From NCBI GenBank assembly GCA_048887225.1, contig JBHLJY010000002.1, forward strand, positions 347,773-411,772: 64,000 nt of DNA, in the 5' to 3' direction. Positions 10,456 to 20,303 of the stretch are shown in pieces. The notes beneath the pieces were generated by a model. It was given only the letters and a program-made list of their open reading frames with translations. It had not been told where the DNA came from and did not search any database. The DNA comes from Candidatus Hodarchaeota archaeon (GTDB lineage Archaea; Asgardarchaeota; Lokiarchaeia; Sigyniarchaeales; SOKP01). The position numbers were made by a program, and so were the translations under genes. Position 1 is the stretch's first letter. Each line of letters begins with the position of its first letter.

Positions 10456-11478
10456 ATGAAAATTGTAATGGTTACGGGTGGTATGGGCTTTATTGGAAGT
10501 AATTTTATTAGATACATCCTTAAATTAAATCAAGATTTTAAAGTAATTAATGTAGATAAACTAACGTATGCCGGAAATCCAGAAAATTTAGAAAATTTTG
10601 ATACAAGGTATAAAGACACTTATAAATTCTATAAAACCGATATTTGTGATTTTGATCCAATAGATAACATTGTAAATAAAGAATCTGTTAATTATATCAT
10701 AAATTTTGCTGCAGAATCACACGTTGATAGATCTATTGACAATCCTACAATATTTTGTGAGACAAATATTTTTGGAACTCAAACTTTGTTAAATATAGCA
10801 AAAAAAAACATGATAAAGAAATATATTCAAATATCTACGGATGAGGTATATGGTTCCTTAAATTTTAACGAACCTCCATTTACTGAAAAAACACCATTGT
10901 CTCCTAATAGCCCTTACTCCGCGAGTAAAGCCTCCGCTGATTTAATAGTAAATGCTTATTATGAAACATTTGAACTCCCTATTAACATTACACGATGTTC
11001 TAATAATTATGGACCTTTTCAATTTCCTGAAAAAATGATACCATTAATGCTTAATAATGCAATAAATAATAAAGAACTCCCTATTTATGGAGAGGGCATT
11101 AATGTTAGAGACTGGATTTATGTGGAAGATCACTGTGCTGCTATTTTAAAAGTTTTATTAGAAGGAAAAGTCGGTGAAATATATAATATTGGCGGAGATT
11201 CTGAAATGAAAAATATTGACTTAGTTAAGAAATTGCTAAATCTATTAAATAAACCAGAGTCATTAATAACATTTGTAAAAGATCGACTTGGTCATGATCT
11301 CAGATATGCCATTAATCACGATAAAATCACTAAAGAATTAAAATGGAGACCTACAGTAAAATTTGAAGAGGGTTTGAAAGCAACTGTCCAATGGTATTTA
11401 GACAATAAAGATTGGTTAAATAATGTCATAACAAAAGAGTATTTAAAATATTACGAGAAGCACTATAGCAATAAATAA
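10456..11478 (+). CDS. rfbB: dTDP-glucose 4,6-dehydratase
   Basis: TGGMGFIGSN, DKLTYAGN, AAESHVDRS, STDEVYG, PYSASK, DRLGHDLRY. Confidence 0.95.
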   Translation: MKIVMVTGGMGFIGSNFIRYILKLNQDFKVINVDKLTYAGNPENLENFDTRYKDTYKFYKTDICDFDPIDNIVNKESVNYIINFAAESHVDRSIDNPTIFCETNIFGTQTLLNIAKKNMIKKYIQISTDEVYGSLNFNEPPFTEKTPLSPNSPYSASKASADLIVNAYYETFELPINITRCSNNYGPFQFPEKMIPLMLNNAINNKELPIYGEGINVRDWIYVEDHCAAILKVLLEGKVGEIYNIGGDSEMKNIDLVKKLLNLLNKPESLITFVKDRLGHDLRYAINHDKITKELKWRPTVKFEEGLKATVQWYLDNKDWLNNVITKEYLKYYEKHYSNK

Positions 11479-11528
11479 TAACTCTAAAAATTAAGAAATT
11501 AGAAATAAATACTGTCTAAGATAAGAAG

Positions 11529-12434
11529 TTGAAATCAGTTTTAGTTATTGGGGCAAACGGCTTTTTGGGGTCAAATTTTTTACGTCTTAATATTGAAAAG
11601 GAAATTCAGAGTAAAAATTTATTTTTTATCGCGGCAGATTTATATAATAAGAATATAGACAAATATATTCCATTTTACTTTATAGACATTACAAATCCCG
11701 AAGATTGCTTCAAAAAAATTATAAAAATTGATCCAGATATAATTTTACTCACAGCAGCGTTAACCGATGTTGACAAAAATGAAACTGAGAAGGATCTTGC
11801 TACTAAAATAAACACAGAGGGTCCCAAAAATGTTTTAAAAGCTTGTGAGAAAATAAATTCAAAATTAATTTTCATGTCCTCTGATTTTGTTTTTGATGGA
11901 ACTAAAAAAAAAGGATTATATACAGAAGATGATATTCCAAATCCTATTTGCCATTATGGAAAAACAAAATATGATGCGGAATTGGCTTTATTGAAATCTA
12001 ACATTGATTATCTCATTTGTAGAACTGCTGTATTATATGGATGGAATAAAAACAAGTTGAATTTCATTACCTGGGTGTTAGATAAATTGGATCGCCAAGA
12101 GAAGATTTCAATTGTAGCTAATCAAACAAATAATGCAACTTTTGTAAGAAATCTTGCAGAAATAATAATAAAACTCATAGAAAAAAACGCTAAAGGCATC
12201 TATCATACTGCCGGTGATGGTACACTAAGTAGATACGAAATGGCTTTAAAATGTGCAGAGATTTTCAATTATAACAAAGATTTAATATATCCAATTGATA
12301 ATTTAAATCAAATTGCAATTAGGCCTAAAAATACTGGATTAGATATAAGTAAATTGAAAAAGCTATTAGCATCAGACTTAAAAATCTATAGTTTAGAAGA
12401 TGGATTAAAATACATGAGAGAATTTAGAATTTAA
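11529..12434 (+). CDS. rfbD: dTDP-4-dehydrorhamnose reductase
   Basis: GANGFLG, AALTDVD, SSDFVFDG, YGKTK. Confidence 0.9.
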   Translation: MKSVLVIGANGFLGSNFLRLNIEKEIQSKNLFFIAADLYNKNIDKYIPFYFIDITNPEDCFKKIIKIDPDIILLTAALTDVDKNETEKDLATKINTEGPKNVLKACEKINSKLIFMSSDFVFDGTKKKGLYTEDDIPNPICHYGKTKYDAELALLKSNIDYLICRTAVLYGWNKNKLNFITWVLDKLDRQEKISIVANQTNNATFVRNLAEIIIKLIEKNAKGIYHTAGDGTLSRYEMALKCAEIFNYNKDLIYPIDNLNQIAIRPKNTGLDISKLKKLLASDLKIYSLEDGLKYMREFRI

Positions 12435-12476
12435 ATCAAGTTCTTATATCTTAATGGTTAAAAAATTACCTTAATC

Positions 12477-13181
12477 TCACTTTTTCTTTATAAAATAGAT
12501 AAAAATAACTTTTATCATGATAAAAAGCGCTACTATGATTAGAGGTGTTCCTAAAAGATAGAATATAATATCTATCTTAATAAATCCCATAATAACGTCA
12601 ATTGTTCCTAATGTTAGGAGCCATAGTGCCATAATAAATAACACAAATCTTTTATTTATTTTATTTGATGGATTTAATCTTTGCTTATGTCTAAATGTCC
12701 AGAATCTATTTCCTAAAAAATTGATTAAGAATGCACCGAATATAGCGAAAATTTCTGCTAATAAATAAAATATGCCAAAATACTCTACTAAAATAAAGAG
12801 AATAGTTAGATTAACTAATAAAGCAATGATACATATAATAGCAAATTTAATTCCTTTCCCCATAACTTTTTCCTGAATATCTTCCTCAAATGTTTCAACC
12901 TTATTTAATATATAATTATTTAAGAGTGCGATCACAAAAGCGAATGTTTCTGAAATAAGATATAATATTCCAAAAATATCTGTTAAAAGATATAAGATCG
13001 AAAGGTTAACAAATGTTCCAATTGCCCCAACGAATGCAAATTTAATTCCTTGTTTAATGAAGGCTTTAGATGTGAATAATTCAAAAGCTCTTTTTAATAG
13101 GCTTTCAGATCCTTTCTGATCGTTTTTATTTATAGATAATCGTTTTTTCGGGCTTAAATCAATCTGAGTTCTTTCCTTCAT
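12477..13181 (-). CDS. GtrA-family flippase-like membrane protein with two extra C-terminal TM helices
   Basis: KFAFVGAIGTFVN ... NFLGNRFWTF GtrA signature. Confidence 0.85.
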   Translation of the reverse strand: MKERTQIDLSPKKRLSINKNDQKGSESLLKRAFELFTSKAFIKQGIKFAFVGAIGTFVNLSILYLLTDIFGILYLISETFAFVIALLNNYILNKVETFEEDIQEKVMGKGIKFAIICIIALLVNLTILFILVEYFGIFYLLAEIFAIFGAFLINFLGNRFWTFRHKQRLNPSNKINKRFVLFIMALWLLTLGTIDVIMGFIKIDIIFYLLGTPLIIVALFIMIKVIFIYFIKKK

Positions 13182-13377
13182 ATCCTTCTGTCATTAGTAA
13201 ATTCAAAAATATCAAGATATTTTATATTTTAATATATAATTTTTATATTTTATGATGGAAAATCCTTTTCCTTTATAATTAAAGAAGATCTAAAATCAGA
13301 TATTTATCAAATTTTTAAAAATATTTTTAAGAGGATAATTTAATCTTAATAATGTAGAAAACTCTAGAATAAATCAA

Positions 13378-15078
13378 GTGAATTTGATGGATAAACAAAG
13401 AATTTTAAGAGAAGCTCAAAAAATCGCAGCCAAATTTTCCTTTTGGATGGTTTCTGAAAATATTGCTCATTTATATGGTTATGTGTATGAAACACCAGAG
13501 AAAAAATATGAATTAGAGATAAAATTTGATGATAAGTTTCCTGACTCTCAGCCTCATTTTATATATCATAATAACATTAAAGAGTTATTAGGGGATATAC
13601 AATTAAATCAATTAAGAATGTGGACTACTGAATCCTCTGTTGTGGATATTATCAATGAACTTAAAATGAAAATTCAAGATGCATTAATTGGACCTTCTGT
13701 TCCTGAAAAAAAACAACCTGAACCTACTGTACCTTCTATAGATAATGAGGAGTACGAAACAACAAAGCAAGAAGAATTATCAAATTCAGATGAATATATA
13801 ACACCTGATCTTGATGCATACCCTCCTGATTTTGATATAGAAAGTGTTCAACCTAAATTAGTATCTGATACAAACCTAATTTACACAGATCAGCCTGCCA
13901 CTTCTATTACGTCGACAAAAGATATTCAAGAAACAAACCAAGAAGAGACTATAGAAGAACCAGAACATATAAGTGTCGATGTTAACACAGAATTAAGCCT
14001 TATTCAACAATACTACACTTACGATCAAAAGGTGGAAAATCAAGCAGATATAAATGTATATATGACAATAACCATTTCAAAAACATTTATTATTGGAATC
14101 AACTTCATAGATTATCCAAAAAAACCAATCTTTTCATTTCCAGAAGAGATTAAAAATATTTTAGGGGATCCTTATAAATCCTTAGAGCCTCTGAGAAAAT
14201 GGAATGCTAAAAAGCCTCCTCATATTGTAGATGTCCTACAAGAAATGGAAAATAAACTTTTTTTCATAAAAGACATTGAACTAGAATCTAAAAAAATTCT
14301 TGGTGAATATAAAGCTGAAATGATCGGAAACAGTGCGACTCAATTAAGAGTACATTTATTAACATATGGCTTCAAAGAATATACATTAGATCTTGACTTA
14401 GGATCATACCCTCAGATTCCAGAAATAGTCTTGACTCCAGAATTGCAACAAATTATTTCAGATCCAAAGAAATCTTTGACTAGTTATATAAATTGGAAAG
14501 AAAAAGAATCTGAACCTATTGAAATTGTAAGGGAAATTGCTTGGCTTGTTGATAAAAATTCAAGAATTAGTTTTGAGATTGATTTATTAAAAAAGGATTA
14601 TAAGAACCTTAAATATGATTCTTTAACAGAGATTTTAAATTTAGACATGAAGGGAAAAATGAAGACACAAGATTTAATATTCAAATTTCAAATAAATCTA
14701 CCAAGAGATTATCCAATGAAAATGCCTGAAGTGAAAGTCTTAAACGAATTTGAATTAGAATCCCATGAAAAAATTAAAGATGATCTTCATTCTTCATTTA
14801 AGGATTTTTTCAGTAAATGGACTCCATTTAGTTATCTTATTGATTTGTTTAATTTAATTTCAGAAAAAATATTCGAAATTTCTGCCGTATCATGCGTAAT
14901 TTGTCATAATCTCCAATGCCCTACTTGCTCTTCAAAAATAGCTGGACCAGATTCATGCCATGTTTTATGTCCTCATTGTGAACGCGCATATCATAAACAT
15001 TGTTGGCAGCAGACAATTAACTCTTTTGGAAAGTGTGGATTCTGTCTGAAAGCTCCTCCTCCAGATATGATGTATTGA
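13378..15078 (+). CDS. tandem UBC-fold/RWD-like domain protein with C-terminal C4HC3 RING-variant zinc finger (putative E3 ligase)
   Basis: Four (F/Y)P..P repeats (KFPDSQP, DYPKKP, SYPQIP, DYPMKMP), each followed by a W...(I/L).(D/E)(I/V/L) helix. Acidic Pro-rich linker. C-terminal CVIC/CPTC/CPHC/HKHCW/CGFC. Confidence 0.7.
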   Translation: MNLMDKQRILREAQKIAAKFSFWMVSENIAHLYGYVYETPEKKYELEIKFDDKFPDSQPHFIYHNNIKELLGDIQLNQLRMWTTESSVVDIINELKMKIQDALIGPSVPEKKQPEPTVPSIDNEEYETTKQEELSNSDEYITPDLDAYPPDFDIESVQPKLVSDTNLIYTDQPATSITSTKDIQETNQEETIEEPEHISVDVNTELSLIQQYYTYDQKVENQADINVYMTITISKTFIIGINFIDYPKKPIFSFPEEIKNILGDPYKSLEPLRKWNAKKPPHIVDVLQEMENKLFFIKDIELESKKILGEYKAEMIGNSATQLRVHLLTYGFKEYTLDLDLGSYPQIPEIVLTPELQQIISDPKKSLTSYINWKEKESEPIEIVREIAWLVDKNSRISFEIDLLKKDYKNLKYDSLTEILNLDMKGKMKTQDLIFKFQINLPRDYPMKMPEVKVLNEFELESHEKIKDDLHSSFKDFFSKWTPFSYLIDLFNLISEKIFEISAVSCVICHNLQCPTCSSKIAGPDSCHVLCPHCERAYHKHCWQQTINSFGKCGFCLKAPPPDMMY

Positions 15079-15179
15079 ACAATTTTACTCATTCTTAATT
15101 GCCTTTATTCTAACTTTTTCGCGCTTTTTACAAGTTAAACCGAAAAATTGTTATTATAAATAATATTTTAAGTAGGAAT

Positions 15180-16553
15180 ATGGATATTGTTTTCATTATA
15201 GTTATTATTATCTTTTCTTTAGTAATTTCCTGTTTGAGTTTATTTTGCTTACATCGAAATTATTTCCGTAAAGAAAATTTGTATTTAATTATACCCCTAT
15301 TATTTTTTACCTTCTGGGCATTTCATTGCTTTTACTATCTTAATACTATAAAATATAAAGAATTAGGGGAATTTTGGGATCCTGATTTTTCTGTTTTTTA
15401 TGATGCTGGACAACAAATTTTGAAAAACCCGGCTGATTTGTATAAAGTCTCACGTTTCCTATACATGCCAAGTTTTGCCATTTTTTTTGCTTTTACATTC
15501 TCACTACTTCCGTTACAAATTTCATATAACGCATTTTATTTTGTAAATTATCTTTCGGGAATGTTTGCGATATTAGAATTTAATCGAATTTTAATTTTGA
15601 TGGGTGTAAAGAAAAAAGCACATAGATTTATTTTTTTAATTATTATTTCAAATGGTTTTCTATTATGGATTATCTTCTATTTTAACCACTTTAAATTTAT
15701 TGTTTTTTTAATTCTACTATTCATTATTAGAAGAGAAATTCAATATAGAAAGGAAGGTAGGAAAAAAAACGGAAAATATTATATATTAACATATGGTTTA
15801 TTCATTTTTATTTTAGGAATGGCTCCTTATTTCATTTTTATTTTATTTATTTATGTTTTTCAAGAAATTAAATTGAAGGATCTGATTAAAAAGGAAAGCT
15901 TGAAAATATATTTAATAATAGTAGCATGGTTTATAATTCAAAATATCACCTTTATATTATATCCCTCACAATTTTTTGAGTTCCTTAAAGGATTTAATCG
16001 TCCAACTAAAGAAATTAGAGGTGCTTACCCACTTTATTTAAAAGATTTTATAAAAATAAAACCTTCTCAAATAACGGTTATTAGTTTTGTTTTTACAGTG
16101 ATATTAGTAATAATCACAGTGATATTAGTTTTAATTAGAAATCAAAATATTGAAAATAAGTTTAGCTTATTTCTACTTGCATATTTATTTTTTGGGATTA
16201 TTTCACATCCTCCTTTAATTGCTTACTTATGTTTTTCATTTGTCTTATTCTTATTTGTTCAATTTTTAGAACAAGATGTAAAAGGGTTTGACTTTTTGAA
16301 GAAAAATACAATTTTTTTAATTGGTTTAATTTCAATTTTGGGAATTTATTTATTTACAAATAATTTTTTCTTCTGGGTTATTTCTCCTTTAATTAAAGAA
16401 CAAGATTTTGGTATATTTTACACCTATAGATTGCTTGTTCTTCATGTCATTATGTTAACTTGTATTCTTATTTTATATGCGAAAAGATACAATTTATTAC
16501 CAAGAATTAAAAATCGAATTTTTAAATCAAACTTAAACCTAAATGAATTATAA
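15180..16553 (+). CDS. GT87/DUF2029-like GT-C membrane glycosyltransferase
   Basis: DFSVFYDAG ... FLYMPSFA motif, about 11 TM segments. Confidence 0.65.
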   Translation: MDIVFIIVIIIFSLVISCLSLFCLHRNYFRKENLYLIIPLLFFTFWAFHCFYYLNTIKYKELGEFWDPDFSVFYDAGQQILKNPADLYKVSRFLYMPSFAIFFAFTFSLLPLQISYNAFYFVNYLSGMFAILEFNRILILMGVKKKAHRFIFLIIISNGFLLWIIFYFNHFKFIVFLILLFIIRREIQYRKEGRKKNGKYYILTYGLFIFILGMAPYFIFILFIYVFQEIKLKDLIKKESLKIYLIIVAWFIIQNITFILYPSQFFEFLKGFNRPTKEIRGAYPLYLKDFIKIKPSQITVISFVFTVILVIITVILVLIRNQNIENKFSLFLLAYLFFGIISHPPLIAYLCFSFVLFLFVQFLEQDVKGFDFLKKNTIFLIGLISILGIYLFTNNFFFWVISPLIKEQDFGIFYTYRLLVLHVIMLTCILILYAKRYNLLPRIKNRIFKSNLNLNEL

Positions 16554-16650
16554 GTTAATAAAATTTAAGATAATATTTCCAATCGGATTTCACAATTTAT
16601 TTAAAAATTAACTAATTTGAAATTTAAAGATTTAGAGTCTTCTTGTCTTT

Positions 16651-17196
16651 TTAATTTTGTAGATATCCCATTTTCTCTAAAGTATCTAAAATAATTTCTT
16701 TACCTTCCTGAATTGTCTGTTTATCTGTTTCAACAATAATATCAGCGGTATCAGGTTCTTCAAAAGGGTGATCAATCCCAGTAAAATTCTTAATTATACC
16801 TGCCCTTGCCTTAGCATACATACCTTTTACATCTCTCTCTTCGCAAACATTAATAGGACACTTTACGTATACTAAAATATAATTTCCTATTTCTTTTCGG
16901 GAATAAGCTCGTATTTTATTGTATGGACTGACGAAGGAGGCAAGAACTGCAACACCATTACGAGTTAATAACTTTGCGACAAATGTTACTCTCTCAATAT
17001 TCATATTGCGATCTTCTTCTGTAAAACCGAGATCTCTTGTTAAACTTTTTCTGACAATATCTCCATCAAGGCGCTCGACCTTCATTCCTCTATTTTTTAA
17101 GTCTTCTGCTACTGCATCAGCAAGAACAGATTTCCCCGAACAAGGAAGTCCAGTAAACCATAAGGTAAATCCTTTTTGTTCTATTTTCTCTCTCAT
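16651..17196 (-). CDS. cysC: adenylyl-sulfate (APS) kinase
   Basis: LWFTGLPCSGKS, LDGDIVR, RDVKGMY, FTGID. Confidence 0.95.
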   Translation of the reverse strand: MREKIEQKGFTLWFTGLPCSGKSVLADAVAEDLKNRGMKVERLDGDIVRKSLTRDLGFTEEDRNMNIERVTFVAKLLTRNGVAVLASFVSPYNKIRAYSRKEIGNYILVYVKCPINVCEERDVKGMYAKARAGIIKNFTGIDHPFEEPDTADIIVETDKQTIQEGKEIILDTLEKMGYLQN

Positions 17197-17202
17197 TTTT
17201 AT

Positions 17203-18588
17203 TTAAAAATCTATTAATTTTCCTTCTGTATCTCTTGGAATGGCAATTCCAAATATGTTTAAAACAGTAGGAGCAATATCAAGAATATTTCTTGGTTCCA
17301 ATTGTTTACCTATTTTCTTTTTTGGGTCGTAAATAATGAAGATCCCATAGTAGTCGTGAACAGCATCATCAGGTCCAGTATCATTCTCATCAAGATACAT
17401 TGAATCATAACCTACGGTACCAGCAGATCTCCAATTTAAATCATCAAAATAAACCATTAAATCGGGCGCATCTCCTCGAATTTTACTGTATAATCTCTCA
17501 GGTTTGAATACTTTAGTTTTCATGGGATTTCCATTGTTATCAGGGATCTCTTTAAGCAATTTGCTTATCTTCTCCCGCCAATTTTCATAATCTTTTTGTT
17601 CAATTATACCCATTTTTTCTCTTCCCTTTAAATTAAGAAAAATTCTTGCATAATATCCACCCCACCCCCAAGCATAAGTATTCTGCCAATCAATATCAGC
17701 ATTTAGAAGTCTTGTTCCAGGTTCATGTTTTTTTTTAAACTTTAACAAGCCTAATTTTTCTAACGCCATATTAACACAAATACATCCCTTCATTGCTTTT
17801 GCTCCATGATCAGAAATGATAAAAATTATTGTATCTTTATCCAGTAAATCTAATATTTCACCAATCTCCTTATCTAACTTCCTATAATAATTCTTTATAG
17901 CCGATTCAAAGATATTTCCTGACTCATATTTATGATGGCTTTTGTCGTAAAATTTCCAGAATCCATGGTGAAGTCTGTCTAATCCAATTATAACAAATTG
18001 GCAATAATCCCATTCTTTGTTTTTGATTAAATATTTTATCGTCTTAAATTGAATATTTGTCATTTTATGTATATCGATTAACAATTGTTCCTTTGCATTA
18101 GTTCTAAATGGGACATCTAAGAGATAATCACCTATTTTCTCGCTAATCTCCATCTTTAAATCTGATGGGTATGTATAATTCGATAGAGTATCAGGAGTAA
18201 TAAAACCTGTTATTAAATTTCCGTTTATAGAATGTGCTGGAAATGTCGGAGGGACACCTAATATTATTGATTTTAGCCCTTTTTTGCCAATAATATCCCA
18301 GATTTTAGGTTCCTTAATAGTTTGTGAATTAACAACCCAAAAATCGGTATAAGAATTTTTTTTCCTATGGCGAAAACCATAAATACCAAGAGTTCCCGCT
18401 TTTTTGCCTGTAGACATAACCATCCAAGCTGGGACAGTAATTGGAGGATCTGAGCTCCTAAGTTTTCCATAAATCCCTTTATCCATTAATTTTTTAATGT
18501 TAGGGCAATCATCCAAGAAATCTTCGAATAAAGTTTTTGGTGTCGCACAATCTAATCCTATTACTATAATTTTCTTTCTGTTTTTCAC
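17203..18588 (-). CDS. alkaline-phosphatase-superfamily (phosphodiesterase/nucleotide pyrophosphatase, COG3379-like) protein
   Basis: IGLDCA, PPITVPAW (Thr nucleophile), DRLHH, SDHG, DDAVH, DIAPT. Confidence 0.85.
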   Translation of the reverse strand: MKNRKKIIVIGLDCATPKTLFEDFLDDCPNIKKLMDKGIYGKLRSSDPPITVPAWMVMSTGKKAGTLGIYGFRHRKKNSYTDFWVVNSQTIKEPKIWDIIGKKGLKSIILGVPPTFPAHSINGNLITGFITPDTLSNYTYPSDLKMEISEKIGDYLLDVPFRTNAKEQLLIDIHKMTNIQFKTIKYLIKNKEWDYCQFVIIGLDRLHHGFWKFYDKSHHKYESGNIFESAIKNYYRKLDKEIGEILDLLDKDTIIFIISDHGAKAMKGCICVNMALEKLGLLKFKKKHEPGTRLLNADIDWQNTYAWGWGGYYARIFLNLKGREKMGIIEQKDYENWREKISKLLKEIPDNNGNPMKTKVFKPERLYSKIRGDAPDLMVYFDDLNWRSAGTVGYDSMYLDENDTGPDDAVHDYYGIFIIYDPKKKIGKQLEPRNILDIAPTVLNIFGIAIPRDTEGKLIDF

Positions 18589-18634
18589 TAAACGCTCCTC
18601 ATACCATTTTTTTTATTGAGTGTATATTTGAATT

Positions 18635-19783
18635 CTAAACTACAAATGGATTATCGTACTTCAATATAACTTTTGCTACTTCAGGACGCATGACTTCGGG
18701 ATCAGGGGCCCTCCCCTCTTGTAATGTTGCTCTAATAGATCTTCCAGCAAAATAAATCTGCATTTCTGGAGGATGTGGACATATTTTGTCATTTATTACA
18801 GCATCGCATTTACTGCATCTTGAGAATGACCTAAATTTTATTGGTTCAATTCCTAAATCTGGAAATTGATCGAATATGTAATGCGCATCATACGGGCCAT
18901 AGTAATCACCAACACCAGCATGATCTCTGCCAATAATGATATGGTCACATCCAAAATTTTTACGAGCAATTGCGTGAAATATAGCCTCTTTTGGTCCAGC
19001 ATACCTCATTTCGGTTTCAAACGTACTTAATATAACTCGATCTTTAGGGTAATACTCATTGATTAATACTTTATAGGCTTCAATGATTACTTCATCCATA
19101 AAATCTCCTTTCTTCTTTTTACCAATCACAGGATTGATAAATAATCCATCTACATATGTAAGCCCTGCCTTTTGGACATACTCATGCCCTAAATGTGGTG
19201 GATTACGCGTTTGAAACGCAACAACACGATCCCATTTCTTTTCCTTAAAAAGGACTCTAGTTTCAATTGGTTTTAGGTCTAAATCTGGATATGCTGGTTT
19301 AGGCTCATTTAAAAGAAAGATCTCTCCTCCTATCAGTTTTTCTTTATAATTAAATACGCTATCGACACCAGGGTGGTTTCTGTCTAATGTTCCATAAGTT
19401 TTTTTAGCATATTCTTTTTTATCGTATCCATAAATGTCTTCTATATTCATTAATGCTATTGGCGCATCAGTTGGATCTGTTAAAATAATATTATCGTCTA
19501 GTTCAAGATCCCTTATCTCATCTTCGGAAGCATCAAGTGTTATCGGGATTGGCCAAGCCACATTATTTTCCAAGTACATATGTTCAAGAACATAGCGATA
19601 ATTGTTATAGTGCATAAAACCTTCTAATGGGCTAAACACTCCGAAAGCAATATTTTTAATCACTTTAAGAGTTTCAGAACTAACCCGTATCTTTTTGAAC
19701 TCATCAATTTCTGATAAAATCCGTTCTTTCTCAATATTAGGCAATTCTTTATTTATTAAAGTTCCTCCATGAGGTTGAATCAT
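18635..19783 (-). CDS. sat: sulfate adenylyltransferase (ATP sulfurylase)
   Basis: PHGG, FSPLEGF, AFQTRNPPHLGH, RYAGPKEA, GRDHAGVG. Confidence 0.95.
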   Translation of the reverse strand: MIQPHGGTLINKELPNIEKERILSEIDEFKKIRVSSETLKVIKNIAFGVFSPLEGFMHYNNYRYVLEHMYLENNVAWPIPITLDASEDEIRDLELDDNIILTDPTDAPIALMNIEDIYGYDKKEYAKKTYGTLDRNHPGVDSVFNYKEKLIGGEIFLLNEPKPAYPDLDLKPIETRVLFKEKKWDRVVAFQTRNPPHLGHEYVQKAGLTYVDGLFINPVIGKKKKGDFMDEVIIEAYKVLINEYYPKDRVILSTFETEMRYAGPKEAIFHAIARKNFGCDHIIIGRDHAGVGDYYGPYDAHYIFDQFPDLGIEPIKFRSFSRCSKCDAVINDKICPHPPEMQIYFAGRSIRATLQEGRAPDPEVMRPEVAKVILKYDNPFVV

Positions 19784-19833
19784 ACTTATTTCCTCGTTTA
19801 TTTCTTTCTATGATTTTTTGAAATATCAACTCT

Positions 19834-20073
19834 TTAATCGATATATCCTAAATCTCTTAATCGTTGTTTGACTTTTTCTTCTTCTTCTTTAGTAAATGCT
19901 TCCTTTGAACTTTCTTCCTCTTCAATTGAGGATATTACCTGTCTAAGTACATAGGTTACATAACTAGAAACGGATGGAAAACCAGTGCCCTTCATCCTTT
20001 CTTTTATCTTTTCTACAAGAGGTTTTGGAATCGAGACTGTCGTATAATCAACCTTATGTTCTTCTTCTGACAT
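19834..20073 (-). CDS. ribbon-helix-helix (CopG-like) protein with RLRDLGY tail, first gene of the sat-AlkP-cysC operon
   Basis: YTTVSIP...L...I...GF.SVS.YV...LR RHH pattern. Confidence 0.8.
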   Translation of the reverse strand: MSEEEHKVDYTTVSIPKPLVEKIKERMKGTGFPSVSSYVTYVLRQVISSIEEEESSKEAFTKEEEEKVKQRLRDLGYID

Positions 20074-20303
20074 AATTGTTGTCTACCATTTTAAGATCTT
20101 TTTAATTATATATAATGATAGATAATTACTATTTATAAATTTTAATTAAACATAATTAAATAATACAAATTTTACCTTTAGAATTTAAGGTACTTTTAGT
20201 TTTCTTAATTTGTTTTTTGAAAAAATTCTTAACAAATTCTTTTTTATATTTTATATAATTAAGCTATGAATTTTTGAAATCAAATTTATACTTAAGAGAT
20301 AAT

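Noticed and set aside
16035-16069. 14-bp direct repeat ACAGTGATATTAGT in the GT87-like gene, and ATTAAGAG repeats near 9555
   Set aside because: Two-copy micro-duplications, not CRISPR or mobile-element ends.
20173-20192. Inverted repeat TACCTT-N8-AAGGTA between the RHH gene and ileS as an RHH operator
   Set aside because: Only 6-bp arms and a single copy; not distinguishable from chance in AT-rich DNA.
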